A stretch of 63,693 nt of DNA, the filler included, from Collodictyon triciliatum (taxonomy: Eukaryota): the NCBI GenBank assembly GCA_043381765.1. It is 15 parts of 15 records of this genome, joined end to end, with 100 filler letters (N's around TTAATTAATTAA, not from the genome) between each part and the next. Parts side by side here need not be neighbours in the genome. Positions count along the whole stretch, not along the records: positions 25,538 to 29,690 come from JBHJMP010006446.1; positions 29,791 to 33,942 come from JBHJMP010006447.1; positions 34,043 to 38,194 come from JBHJMP010006448.1; positions 38,295 to 42,446 come from JBHJMP010006449.1; 11 more parts are not named here. One strand, written 5' to 3'. Below the pieces are notes generated by a model, which searched no databases, was not told where the DNA came from, and was given only the letters and a program-made list of their open reading frames with translations. Position numbers and translations under genes: made by a program. This document shows, piece after piece, positions 25,674-38,394 of the stretch (the first letter of the stretch is position 1; every line of letters starts with the position of its first letter).

Positions 25674-28628
25674 TGGTGCAAAGTTCGTCGGGCCTGAAAG
25701 TGCAATATTAGCAACACAGTTTGTGTATGCCCCTAGAACCCCCTCGATACCGCATACCTCGGGCTATTCGGTAATTTATTTATTATAATTTTTATTTTAA
25801 TTTTGAATGATATTGAATTTGGGTAATCGTTCTACCATATGTTGATGTCTACTGGGATTAGGTATCGGATATATTTATCAATATATAATAATAACGTAAC
25901 AAAAAAAAAATTGAAATACACACAAGAGACGGGTTTCCTGTTAATGCAAAATTGTGTGATACTGGAGCACCTGGAGGGAAGCATCCTCCGAATCCATACA
26001 CCTAGATGAATGTAGCTTGTTCTTAAATCACAACATCATTAACATAGAATTCCATATTATTCAAAGGAAATCAACGTGTGCAAGATTTTGACAGGTAAAT
26101 ATATTTGAACAATTCTTATTTGGAAACTCACGGGGAACATCTTGTCATAGTCGTAGTAAGCAACAACATTACCCACTGAGGTTATAGCCGTCTGTTCGAT
26201 ATGAATTGTGAGTGTTGCATTAATACTGCGAACCAAACAAAGAGCAAGGTAGGTATACTTGTTTTTTCTTAACAAGGTGGGTATATAAAGTATTGGCTAT
26301 GCATAAGGCTTAAAAGACCTGATAACCATTGAGCTTCTGTGGATTCAGATAGTGAAGACTGGAAGGATATGATGGTGTTCCATTGCTCCCGGTGAAGTCA
26401 ATAGCAAAAACCTTTGATTAAATAGAGTATCTCTGTGAAAGATTATTCGGTAATAAATAATCATGTGTCTGCCTAAACACAATATATACGTATCTCTTCA
26501 TTTTGTGATTGCCTCTTTGTCTGTATGATTTGGTAGTATGATTCAAAGAAATCAGGCGAATTACGATGCTGATGTTGTATCCCCCTGCAATGTAATCAAG
26601 GAATGAAGGACAAGGCGTCTGTTCGATTTCATAAAGCGATAAAACTCCAGAGTTTTTGTAACCGCTCTTAGACTTTTTCTTGGGATTAATCAGGTCGTAA
26701 TTTCCAGGTTTCAATAGCTCGCCGGCAGGAACCTATGGATGGTCATTAAAATATTGAAGTGAACTCCTATATCATAAGATTATTGATTGAGCAAAGAGAT
26801 TGGGCCAACTTATGATTGTATTTAAAAAAAATTGCACCTCACAAGAACCTATGAAGTCGGATTTGGTTTTGCTGTCCCAGTCATAGCATTCAATCTATCA
26901 TTTCATTACATTATTTGGGCAGGGAGGGAGGAGCCGGGATTTGAACGATAAATCGGATATGCCAATGCGCAAATCATATTGACTCAAAGAATATAGACAT
27001 TAGAATATATTTGCTTATAAAACAAACCTTGATGATTGTGTCAAGCTTCCCATTGCACAATTCAGACAGAGATAAATGAATGGGCTTCCAGGTACTGTGA
27101 ATTATTGTTTCCATGAGTCCAGATATGCAAGTGCTCAGCATTTAGATACATCATCAAGACCAAAGTATGCATACGGATCTAGGGTTTTGAAAATTGTTTC
27201 GCTCTTGTAAACTACGTGGCTGGTCTTTTCATCGACTTTCCGATTGATGATGATGTAAGGGTCTGCGATGTTGAGAATTTTAAATATTTATGAATGTGTT
27301 CGGGAGTATGGTGCGTAGATGCAGCAAAAAAAAAAAAAAAAGGATAATTAACTTTTCATTTTACTCTGACTTTCGTGTAATAATTTTATTTACCGCTTTT
27401 TCCGAATAAATCCATCCTATCTAAGTGTTGTCCACGGAACTTCATTCTAAAGGAATATTCATAAACAAAGTGCATAACACAGGTAAGAATAGTCTAATAT
27501 GGTAAAAATGAGAAATCGAAATACGTGAGTGCCATCTTGCAATCGTTCACTTCCTCGCCGTAGATTTTGATTGTTCCTCTAGTGCCCTCTGAATGAGATG
27601 GCTTCCTGAAAAAGAAGTGAAAGGCAAAAGGCGAGATAGTGAGGAAATGAACAAGATTAATTGATTTGGAAAGGTATTATTTTATTATGGTTACTTTGAG
27701 GGAAAAGTGATGCATTTTAGTAGTACGCAAATACATACTTCAAGGGGCGAGTTATGGTCTGTCCTCTGGCACCAACAACTTCACCAAGGGTGAATAGCTG
27801 TACATGAGATATTACAAGGCATCAATTTATTTTATTTTATTTTATTTTATTTTATTTTATTTTATTTTATTTTATTTTATTTTATTTTTATTCTTCCTCA
27901 ATTTTGTGAGGGTGGGGGTTGTATTATAAGTACCAATATAAAGCCCACAATTACAACAGAATCAATATATGCGCATGTATAAGACAAGAAATAAATATCA
28001 TGATGCCCACAAGTTCTCCAATAAAGTCTTGGTCACCGAGGGTGCCTTTTGGTTCATCAATGTCGTAGACGACAGCGCGGAGATTGATAGTCTGTATTGG
28101 CGGGGGGAGAGATCACTCCTTAGACATTGTAGTTTAGTGTAACACAGATTTGTGACGAATACAGTACCCTTTCAAAATTGAAGTAGGCGCTTAGGCCTTT
28201 CGCAAAATTCGGGCTGGAACAATCTCTATTTTAACGGGTATTACATGATTATTACGGATTGTTGATACTCCTGAGTCAAACCATTATGAGAAATGGTCGT
28301 TTGCAAAAGAGATGGGCGCTTCAGTTCTGGACTGAGTGCTAGCGGAAGGTAAGGTACATATCATATATTATTGATATGATTATTTGACCACCCACTTGAT
28401 CTGTTCAGTGCGGTCCAGTTCCTTCCATGTTCCATCTTGGAAGGAAAACAGAACGACCATCGGATCGCTCTTTGATAAAAGATCCATGGAAGGTAGATCC
28501 CTGCTCGTTTGGCAAAACTTAAGAGGTACACAAGTCTCAGAATAGAGGTTAAGCCTAAGAAAGGCTGAAACTTACGTGCAAGAAAAGCGCATGCGGAACT
28601 CGGTGGTGTTTGATCCTGGCACTGCCAT
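25674..28628 (-). CDS. Copine (C2A-C2B-vWA), 3' end truncated
   Basis: Spliced: MAVPGS...[16 protein letters not shown]...DRTEQIK...YDID...DQDFIG...[13 protein letters not shown]...YDWD...SFLDYIAGG...AIDFTGSNG...SLHY...[12 protein letters not shown]...[19 protein letters not shown]...LSGPTNFAP. About 13 exons, all GT-AG. Confidence 0.93.
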
Positions 28629-30881
28629 CCTCTACTTCACTGATCCTAGGAAAGGAAAGCTCTTCTTTTTCTTTTTTTTTTTTTGGGAAGGAATGGAAGA
28701 GGATGAGTCTTTTTTTTATACATAGATGTTCGCTACGGATATGACTCTTCTTGTCAATCTGTACGTGCGGAAGGTTCTGGTGTTGGTTCTGGAAATATAT
28801 TCATAGAGAAGGCGGCAAGTTCTTTAGACCGTCTGCCAGTGAAGTTGTTTTTTTTTTTTTAACTTCACACAACAAGGGGCTCAGACAAGCGACCCAAACA
28901 AACAGAAGGGAGACGGGGTTTGTTTGGGTCTGTCGGGAGCAACACCGGAAGCAACAAGAATCGAACACACAGCCCATAGTCTTCAACCGATCAAGCAAAC
29001 GAGCGCATTCACTCGACTGTGTTGTGTGAGTGTGCCAAATCGGCTTTTGGGTGCACACTTTCTCTGGTCACTGGCCCTTGATGGGGCAGACTCTGTCCCT
29101 GTAGTGCCTTGCGGGAAGTCGTGGGATAAACCTATTCCTTCACCTCTCGTCCGCTTGGACTTGGGTTGGAGTTTGGGTTGGGTTGAGTTGGGTTGGTGAC
29201 AGAAGACATTCTGCGGTGTGATTTGGCTGAATATTCAGTGAAAAGAAAAAATATTGCTATGGCGCGCTACTCTCGCTAAGGGCTGCCGTTTGCGATAGGC
29301 TCAGAGCAGACCCAGGGGGTTGGTTTCACAGGGTTAATGATTGGCCTGCCCCATGACCCTACCAAGGCACTTTGTGTTCCTACTACTTGTAAGAAAGGTT
29401 CGTTTTTTGTTTTATTATTAAATGTTTTTTGATGTTTTTTGATGTTTTTTGATGTTTTTTGATGTTTTTTGATGTTTTTTGTCATTTGGTCATGTCATCT
29501 GCTGCTCGTATCTTTTATTGCGTTGTTCCCCTTTGGTTTTGCACAAAAAGCACGTTTCCCTTTGGTTTTGCACAAAAAACACACGTACGGCAACCAAGCC
29601 TCAACTTGACGACGAGAATGTGGTCTACGAGCACTACCGGACGCGACCGGTGGAGCGAGCAGCGGGACTGCAGGAGAAGGGACTCTACCCNNNNNNNNNN
29701 NNNNNNNNNNNNNNNNNNNNNNNNNNNNNNNNNNTTAATTAATTAANNNNNNNNNNNNNNNNNNNNNNNNNNNNNNNNNNNNNNNNNNNNTTTTGTTTTG
29801 TTTTTTTTTGTGTTTTTTGTTTTTTGTTTTTGTGTCGTGCACCATCGAATATTCGATCAGTGTTTGAGCAGCGTTGCTAAGAATTGCGTTGCAAGATAAA
29901 TGTAAGAGAAGGTGGGTCACTCTGAACAAATTCACAGCTGATTATCTATTACTGCAATCAATTAAATATATGTAAATATGTGGAACGCAATGCAAAACAA
30001 AAGGGAATGTCCCTGTATACATAATGCACAATATATTCCACAAGTGGACCTCCACAACAGAACAAGTGCGCTGTGTGGCTGCCTTTGCAGTGGTGAAATT
30101 ATTTTGTTGTCTTCTGCGCGGTTAGAAACCTTTTTTCTAGATCTCTGCAGCACGAGAGGGAGGTACACGGAAAGATTGAGGGGCCAGCCTGAAGAATAAA
30201 AAGCAGCAGTAACGAGATAGGTAAAAAGAATCCATGGTTGCCGACGTTCGAAGGGAGCCTTCAAAGCAGCTTTGCGGAAAACTTTTCTCAGAACCTAATA
30301 GCAATGCACTTGAACTTTGCATGATTTAGTCACAAGCAAAAAGGAGAAAGAAAAGAAAACAGTCAAGAAATTCTTTTCGTTGCTACCTTTGTACCCTCCC
30401 CACACAACAAAAGTAGACGAGAATGAATGCCCGAGAGGTCAAGAAAATTACCAGCACTGACATGAAAGAAAGCAGCGAAACATAATCGATAAATAGATAA
30501 TACTCAATAGCCACTGACGGTATACAAGTATGAAGCCTGAGGATTGAAGCATTTATTATTTGCCGTCGAGAAAGGCGCCAGCCAGATGGCAATCCAAGGT
30601 GTGCAAGATATTATAAATGCTTGCTTGCAGCGTCCTAGATAAAAAGGAAGCGCACAAATAATAAGGCATCACATACAGGGACATATCAAAATAAAAAAGT
30701 TAAGGTTAAAAAAGAAAAAAAGAAAAGAACAGATGGGCAACTTTTATTCCTTAGGACGTTTTGAATTAAGCACACCATGATATGATATCCAATAGGGTAA
30801 AAGGCGAAAAAAAAAAAAGAACAAATGGTACCTCTTCCTCCTCCTTTCAAGAGTGCTTCCTCACCGCGCCCTACCTGCGGT

Positions 30882-32489
30882 TTAGTATTTGCCCTTGGGC
30901 ACATCGATGCAATCTTCGTAAACTTTACGGAGGTAAAAGTTCACTTTGTCAAGCATATCCTTTTGATTGACTAGATGAGCAGCAGCCATGTGCTTCCTGT
31001 TGACAAGATCTTCCGGATCAAAGTCTTTCATGTAGTGGTCGTACTCTTCATTTGTTGCCAAGCGCGAGTCGATCGCCATAAACCTCATTCTGGCAATCTC
31101 ATTGAATCCATTGACCTCGTTCCATGGATTAAACCAACCCGTTCCGTCAGTAGTTTCCACCACAACACTTTGCTCTGGCATGAAGAGCACGGCCATCTGG
31201 TGGGAACCGTCTGAGGATATGAAGATGTCCAGGTCGGCAAAATATCTTATCTGCTCTTCAAAGCTCATATCTCTCATCACCTCCCAGTACTCTACCTCCA
31301 TTTCAGGGTGAGCGCTTCTAAAAAGAGTTGCAAACTCGGACGCGTCTAACCAGCGCTTGTGACCCGAGTCCCATTTTGCAAAGACAAGAGTCTTTCTTGG
31401 GCACCTTTTCTTCGTCGGTGCAGATATCCCTGCTTGCTGGAAGGAACGGGCACGAATCTTGTCTATGTACTCTCGCACTGCTATGGCATCCACCCGGGAC
31501 ATTGTCTTCAGGTTATTGCCATTTCCCTGCGAGGCGAGTAGGTTACAGCACACAACATTCCGCTCAGATGTTTCGAAGACCTGAAGAGGCTTTCCTCCCA
31601 GCTTGACATTGTGCTCGGATATCAATTCAACCAGGAGGTTGTTGAGTCCACGGTGCCATCGAACTGGGCCGCGTGTGTATGTGGAGCCGTCGATGAGGAT
31701 GTTTTCGAAGGTCTTGAATGTGTCTCCGTTCAAGTGCTGCTCCATACCCAGCACAAAAGACGGGAACTGGCGGCCATACCACATGTGTTGCAGATTGTTG
31801 GAGCCACCGAAGTTGCCCAGTAGCGACAAAGTTGGTCCTTGGATATGCTTGCTCTTCGCCCATGTGTCTGGAGTTGGTACGATGGGAAAGAAGCCGGCTG
31901 AGCCCGCATCTCTGGCAGCCTTCTTCTGCTCTTCAGAGGTCATGTTGAAAAGATAGTATCTGTCTCGCTCCACACATACATCCTGCAGATACAGTGTTTT
32001 GTACTTGGAATCAACCCGAAGCACTTTCCCGTTCGGTGGCCTTTGGTTTTCCACGTCTGAAGACTGTAAGAGCCTCGATACTGGAACATGAATAAACTGG
32101 GCGGTAGAGTGCTCCGTACTCAAAGACGGAACAATCCTCGTCCTGAAGGCTTCTTTCATTAGAGTCAGAAGGCTTAAGGTGACGATTGCCACGCCGAGGC
32201 AAACGACTGTGTGACTTCTGTGGTGTAATTGTATTGGAGGTCAGGAATGAGAACATGGTGGGAAGTGAAATGGTAGAGACTCTCTAAAGTGAGTGCAGAG
32301 GAATGAAGGATGCTCATTTGCCTCTTTGTATTCTCAGCATGCCTTAGCCAGCTGGCGAGGAACGATCTTGAAGAGAAGCGAGCAAAAGTGCAAGTGCGGA
32401 TACAGAGAGGGGTTCTTTGTTTTGTGTGTTGATACCTATGTCATCTGATCGAGACTTCTGCAGATGTAAGAGAGAGGTTACCTTGGCAT
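30882..32489 (-). CDS. Glycosyltransferase family 61-like type II membrane protein, 2 exons
   Basis: ATG CCA AG|gtaacc (32489) splices to ...cacag|A AGT, giving the signal anchor MPRSHTVVCLGVAIVTLSLL. NLQH motif, and MSFEEQIRYFADLDIFISSDGSHQMAVLFMPEQSVVVE matches the GT61 C-terminal signature. Confidence 0.75.
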
Positions 32490-35400
32490 TCTGTGGGACG
32501 CCTTCGGCTGACTAGTGTCTGGGTTTTTGCGGATCTGTGTTGCAGGCTTCTTAGTATAAAGTCTGTGTCCTTTTCTCGAGAAGCTGATTCATTCTTGTGG
32601 CGATTCTCATCCCGCCAGCCTCGATTGCGTCTGGGCTGCCCGAGATTCATTTCCTCTTTTCATTTCCATGTGTCCCAAGTTCCAGATTTGTCTGCGTAGC
32701 GTTTCTCGCAGCCCCCGCAACGTCTTCATAGGAAATGCTCCTCCAACTGCTATTTCTCGGTTGGTCTGTTGAAAATACTACCTGTATCTTTTGTAATTGA
32801 ATGTGTGTGCCTACTTCTGCCCTTCGGGAATCAAGTAATTAGGTATTTTCGAGCCCACTTAAATTTGCTTAATGGTAAACTTTGAGTATTTATACAAAAT
32901 TACTTTCAATAGAGTTAATCTGGAAAAATGGGGGATAAATTTATGTATATTTACTAGTTTTGTAATACCTTATAGAAAGAAACATGAATTCTCCTCCAAA
33001 TATCTCATAAATGAATTGTCATCCATAACTACCCATCCAAAATATTTTTTCTTGCTATAAACTGCGTATCGCCGAAGAAGACCTCAGACCCGAAACTAAT
33101 ACTATCGTGGCGCTGTAACGGGGCGAGCTCCGGTGGAACAACATAAACTGCCATGTCTTTTCACACCATTACTATCACCCACGAGACCAGCAGCAAAGCA
33201 TTTTCTGGAGACTTTACGAGCCAAGCTTGAGCTCACTTGGTGTTCACTAAGAGGCTATGTGTTAGGCTCAGTCGTATCGCAGCAGGCGCCTTAATAGGCT
33301 GCAGTGACAAGACACTCTCTCGGAAATCGAGCGCATAGTTTCTCCTTCCTCACGCGGAGCTCATGGAAAAGCTGCCTGCGATTTTCCTTACTCCTTGTTG
33401 ACACATGGGTCTACATGCATCGTCTTCAATTTACCCCTTTATTCGATTTAAGGTAAGGGGTTTCATATAATGCCTCCTCTTAAAAACCTCAAGAACAAAG
33501 AAAAAAACGAGATTAAAACATTATGAACCTATGTAAAAACTAACAGGTCATGAACGAATGATGCTCCAACTGAACTTTACATATATAGTTCTGTTGGATA
33601 GCACCAGGATACTTAACTAATTCATGGTACGACCTTCCTCCTTCCCTCTTTTTCTACGCGACATTTCATTTCAGTTGAGCTCTCATTTCTCTACATGAGT
33701 GACAAAAAAATTATAAAGTTCCACCCTGAAGGACTCGAAGCACTTAACACACGGAGGACATGGTCTATTTCAAGCACTAAGAACCAAATAAATATAAGTA
33801 GATAAAACGCGTTCTCTGTTACTCAGACCCTGTGAGAAGAGACATGTGCAAAGAAGCCGAGAAAGAAATTCAACCTCGCCTTGTATCTCTCATGCAAGCA
33901 CAAGACACAGGCTACAGGCTAAACTGCAGGATGCAACTCCTGNNNNNNNNNNNNNNNNNNNNNNNNNNNNNNNNNNNNNNNNNNNNTTAATTAATTAANN
34001 NNNNNNNNNNNNNNNNNNNNNNNNNNNNNNNNNNNNNNNNNNTTTTTGTTTTTTTTGTTTTTTTTGTTTTTTTTGTTTTTTTTGTTTTTTTTGTTTTTTT
34101 GTTTTTATTTTTTTTTTCATCCGACCCAAGGGAAGAGTTTTTGTGTTATTATTTAGTTCGCTGTATTTAGGATTACTTAGAGTAACGTGACGGACTTTGC
34201 AATGTTTTTTTTCTATTGGGTACTGTTAAGGTCACAATGATACTATGCAGAGATTTTGTTCCGTGGCCAGAGAGGACAGGAGAAGAAGGAAACAGGCAAC
34301 CGCGAGCCAGAAAAACACCCGTGTTGCTTTCGATGATCGTTGGTTGATTATTTGATTCAGGTGTTCATCAACCAATATCAAACTTGGAAATTATAAATAT
34401 TATCTTTTTCAAACATAAGAGAATGCGACTTCTATAAAAATATACATTATATGTAAATTTAATGCAATATAAAGGTAAATATGAGGCCATACAAATTGAG
34501 ATATCAAGAAGGCCGCGCACTGTACAAGTGCGTATGAATGGCGTATCTGATCTCGGCACAGAAAAAGCACAGCAACGTTTTTCCAAAGGGCGCAAGGGGC
34601 TGGTAGTGGGCATAGAATCATTCCAGATATGGATATATTCTCTTTGGAAATCAAGCCCTTATCCAAGATGGCATGAGGAAGCGAGGTGAGCAACAAACGG
34701 AGCGGACACAGACCACACAGCCGCGAGGGCGATTTAGAGGAGCGAGACACTCCACCCTCGAGTTATTCAGATAAGGAAATAGTCATTTCCATATTTATGA
34801 ACACAAGCGATTTGTGGCTCAGTGGTGCACTTTTGCGGGGGCGTATGTAGGGCCGGGCAAAGGGAGCGGCTTCAGGGGTATTTAGGCAGGGCCGAGCGTT
34901 TGGCGATAGAGTATATGTCATGTTAATGTGAGCGCGATTGGGTTGCGAGGCGATTGCAAGCAAGAGCAAGAGAATGGGGTGCTGTTTCAAACGGCTGTGA
35001 TTGATGGAGATAATCACGCGATTGGTGGTTTTGATTTTCGTATGTCCTGCACCCCCATCCCACTTGTCATCACTACCCCCTCGCAAGCCCCATTCCTGTG
35101 CCCAAGCCTTGTGTTGTGTGTTGGGTTGGGCTGTCTTGTTTAATTATCGGGTGATTTTTTATTATTTATATTCAACTTTGGCTGCTGGGCTACCTTACAA
35201 TGTTTTTGTTTGTGAACCTTGTGGAAGCCTTGTGTTTGGGCACACGATTCGTTTCGTGATAGGAGCGAATGCCATGAACATCCTAACTTGCCTTTTCACC
35301 ATGATTGAGCTTCTTTTTACGTTCTTTCATAGTGTTGTGATTTTGATTTAATCAGTTTTTCATTCATTTTATTTATTTATCGACGATTCTGTTCATTCGA

Positions 35401-36103
35401 TAAAAAAAAAAACCTTTACAAAGAATAGTGTAGAGCAATAACAAGGACTAGAGTATATGATGAAGAAAAATAGAGAGAAAGGGAGAAGGAACCAATATCA
35501 AAATAATAAAATAAAATTAATAAAATAAAAAAGAAAAAGACCAAAATAATGTGGCAAGTCAATCGCCCATCTGCCAACACAGAATTTTTTCCCCTTTTAT
35601 TCGATTCAAAACAACACACACACAATCGATACCATCACATATCAGAAAGGAAATTGCAATATTCTCTCCGCCCACACAATCTAATCGATACCAACAAATA
35701 TCAAAACATCTGTTCTCGTTAGTGTCAGTGGAAATAATAAACACAAATGAAAAACGATTTGATCATCGGGATTCGTTCATCTTCAACAAGCAAGAAAAAT
35801 CCACACACAAACCTTCTTGCAGTCATCTCTATATGATTTCATAAACGTCAAACAAATCCTTTCTCTTCTTTTCACAACAAAGCCTATTCCACAGACACTT
35901 AAAAATCATCCTATGAAGTGAAGACAGCGCATGATCTAAAACTGCAATCACAACCGAAACGCATATATCTCCTATCGCCCAGTAAAGATACTCAAACCAC
36001 ACAAAAGCCCTCAAGCTCACAACCATTTTTTTTTCATACCAACACAGCATCTAAAGCACATCAAAGAAAAAGAACGCCAGATATCAAGACCAAGCTGGGC
36101 GTC

Positions 36104-37009
36104 ATGGATGGCACAAACTGGGAATACGACTTTCCGCTCTTCTCTGAATGGCACGAGGCCTCCCCAGAGTTTACAAGCCAGCTTTCTGAACCCGGCCTCG
36201 ACTCGCCTGCATCTGACGTGCAGATGAGGTTATCGCTCAGAGTGCATCGCCCGTCCTGCAAGACTCTTCTGTCAGCTGCAGAAATGGACGAAATCGTGGC
36301 TCACTCCTTTGGACAGGACTCCCAGATGGAGTCTACGGCAGCCTTGACTCATCCCATCACACGCGATTGCAGTGCCCAGAGCGTCTATCCACTTTGCTCT
36401 GACGTAGTGTCATTTATCAAAGAGGAGCCCTTCTTCGATGACTTTTCGTACCGTCCCTCATCTGAGCAGAGCTGCTTCAATCAACAAGACCCCGCCGAGA
36501 AACAGAACGGGCAGGTTGAGCAGTGCGAACAGAGCCAACTCCTTCACCAGACTTTTTCTTCGAGAAAGTCCAAAGTCCAGAAGCGGCCCAGCCCGAAGCA
36601 GAAGCCAAAGACCGTTTGGCATCACATTACTACTGAAGACAAGAAAGGTATAATAAAGTCTCAATCAGAGACTATTCCAATCGATGAAGAGCAAATGAAA
36701 CCTATGTGTCACGATGAACTCCAATCGCCTCAAGAGATGTGCCTCTCGGCTGATTTTCTGGACTCAATGCCTGCAGTCCGCGCAAGAAAACCTACACAGA
36801 AGCCGTTTATCCGATTTTGCTCTCTTGTTCGTCATGAGATGCGAAGGATGAATCCGTCTCTGTCAAACCACGAGCTGATGAAGACGATCGCATCGACATG
36901 GTATCGACTGGATGAGACGCAAAAGGACTTCTACCGACACCCGTCGGACTCTCGCACCTTCCACTTCATCGATATGACAAAAGATGTCTATACAGCTTCT
37001 CATCAGTAA
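36104..37009 (+). CDS. Intronless HMG-box protein (about 301 aa)
   Basis: C-terminal HMG box QKPFIRFCSLVRHEMRRMNPSLSNHELMKTIASTWYRLDETQKDFY. Acidic N-terminus. Confidence 0.87.
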   Translation: MDGTNWEYDFPLFSEWHEASPEFTSQLSEPGLDSPASDVQMRLSLRVHRPSCKTLLSAAEMDEIVAHSFGQDSQMESTAALTHPITRDCSAQSVYPLCSDVVSFIKEEPFFDDFSYRPSSEQSCFNQQDPAEKQNGQVEQCEQSQLLHQTFSSRKSKVQKRPSPKQKPKTVWHHITTEDKKGIIKSQSETIPIDEEQMKPMCHDELQSPQEMCLSADFLDSMPAVRARKPTQKPFIRFCSLVRHEMRRMNPSLSNHELMKTIASTWYRLDETQKDFYRHPSDSRTFHFIDMTKDVYTASHQ

Positions 37010-38095
37010 CACAAAATCTCAACCCCTCACTTCCTTCACATGTTTCCCCGGTTTTTTTTTGTTTGGATAATATATTTTCAGGAAGTGAAAGAGATAAAAG
37101 AAGAAAAGAAAAAAAAAGGAGAGAGAGAAAATGAAAACAATACCTGCATGTGGGACTTCTAGAAATTTTTTTTACCACGTATAATAACATCTCTACCACA
37201 TCGCTCCACAAGTCTACTGATGACTTCCATCAAATCTCTCCTATTTATTGTGCTTTCTCGTTTATCCCTTCACAAGTCCCCACATTCCCATCTGCAACAT
37301 ATTCATATTTCTTGTGACGAATCCCCTCACATGAACGCACCCCACTCCATCGCACCGCACCAAGACTTCCTAGCACCTTATCTCCTTTTGATAATAAATG
37401 CATCATAGTGCATGATAGCCCAACAATAATAAAATTTAGGCAGCAAACATAAAAGCAACTTGTGTCCTCTTCCTCGAGCTGATATATGGTTCCATGAAAG
37501 TATGGTGTTGTTGGTGAGAATACAAATGCAGTTTCGCCAAAGAACATCAACTCGCTATTTGGTTGCGATTGGTTTCACCGGCTTATGTCTGCAATAGACT
37601 ACTATTGCGTGATGGAGAGCAATCAGTAATTAAGCAGGTTACTGAAGAAGAAAAGACTTACACGGAGATAGACTCTGGTGTCTATGGTAATATATTTACT
37701 GAATATATCCTTTTGTAGATATAAGCCGACCTTCAAAAACGAGTTAAAAAAAAGAAGAAGAGTATTACGTGAACTCGTTTGACACATGAAAAGTGAGACA
37801 TAAAAATAAGTGGGTTGGCTTCAGCATGGCAAGCAAAAGAGTTTTATTTAGTTCTGAAGCTAATCAGAGAGCTGTGACGGGGTTCGAATAGGTTCTTTGT
37901 CAGACTTATCTACTGAGGATTGGTTCTCGGCGTTCTTCTTGTTGCGGTAATACCGCTTAAAATATGACTGGATGATTCGTACTGCCCGCACTTTACCAAC
38001 CTTTCAACGGATTGATATTGAAAGTTGAGGTAAGGAAACATATTGAAATATGGTGTTTTTCTTCAATAAATTAGAACATTAATCCATATATACAT

Positions 38096-38096
<1 letters not shown>

Positions 38097-38192
<96 letters not shown>

Positions 38193-38394
38193 AANNNNNN
38201 NNNNNNNNNNNNNNNNNNNNNNNNNNNNNNNNNNNNNNTTAATTAATTAANNNNNNNNNNNNNNNNNNNNNNNNNNNNNNNNNNNNNNNNNNNNATACAT
38301 ACATACATACATACATACATACATACATACATACATACATACATACATACATACATACATACATACATACATACATACATACATACATACATAC
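38097..38394. repeat. (AAAG)n and (ATAC)n microsatellites flanking a spacer
   Basis: Two arrays of about 100 bp at adjacent contig ends. Confidence 0.95.
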
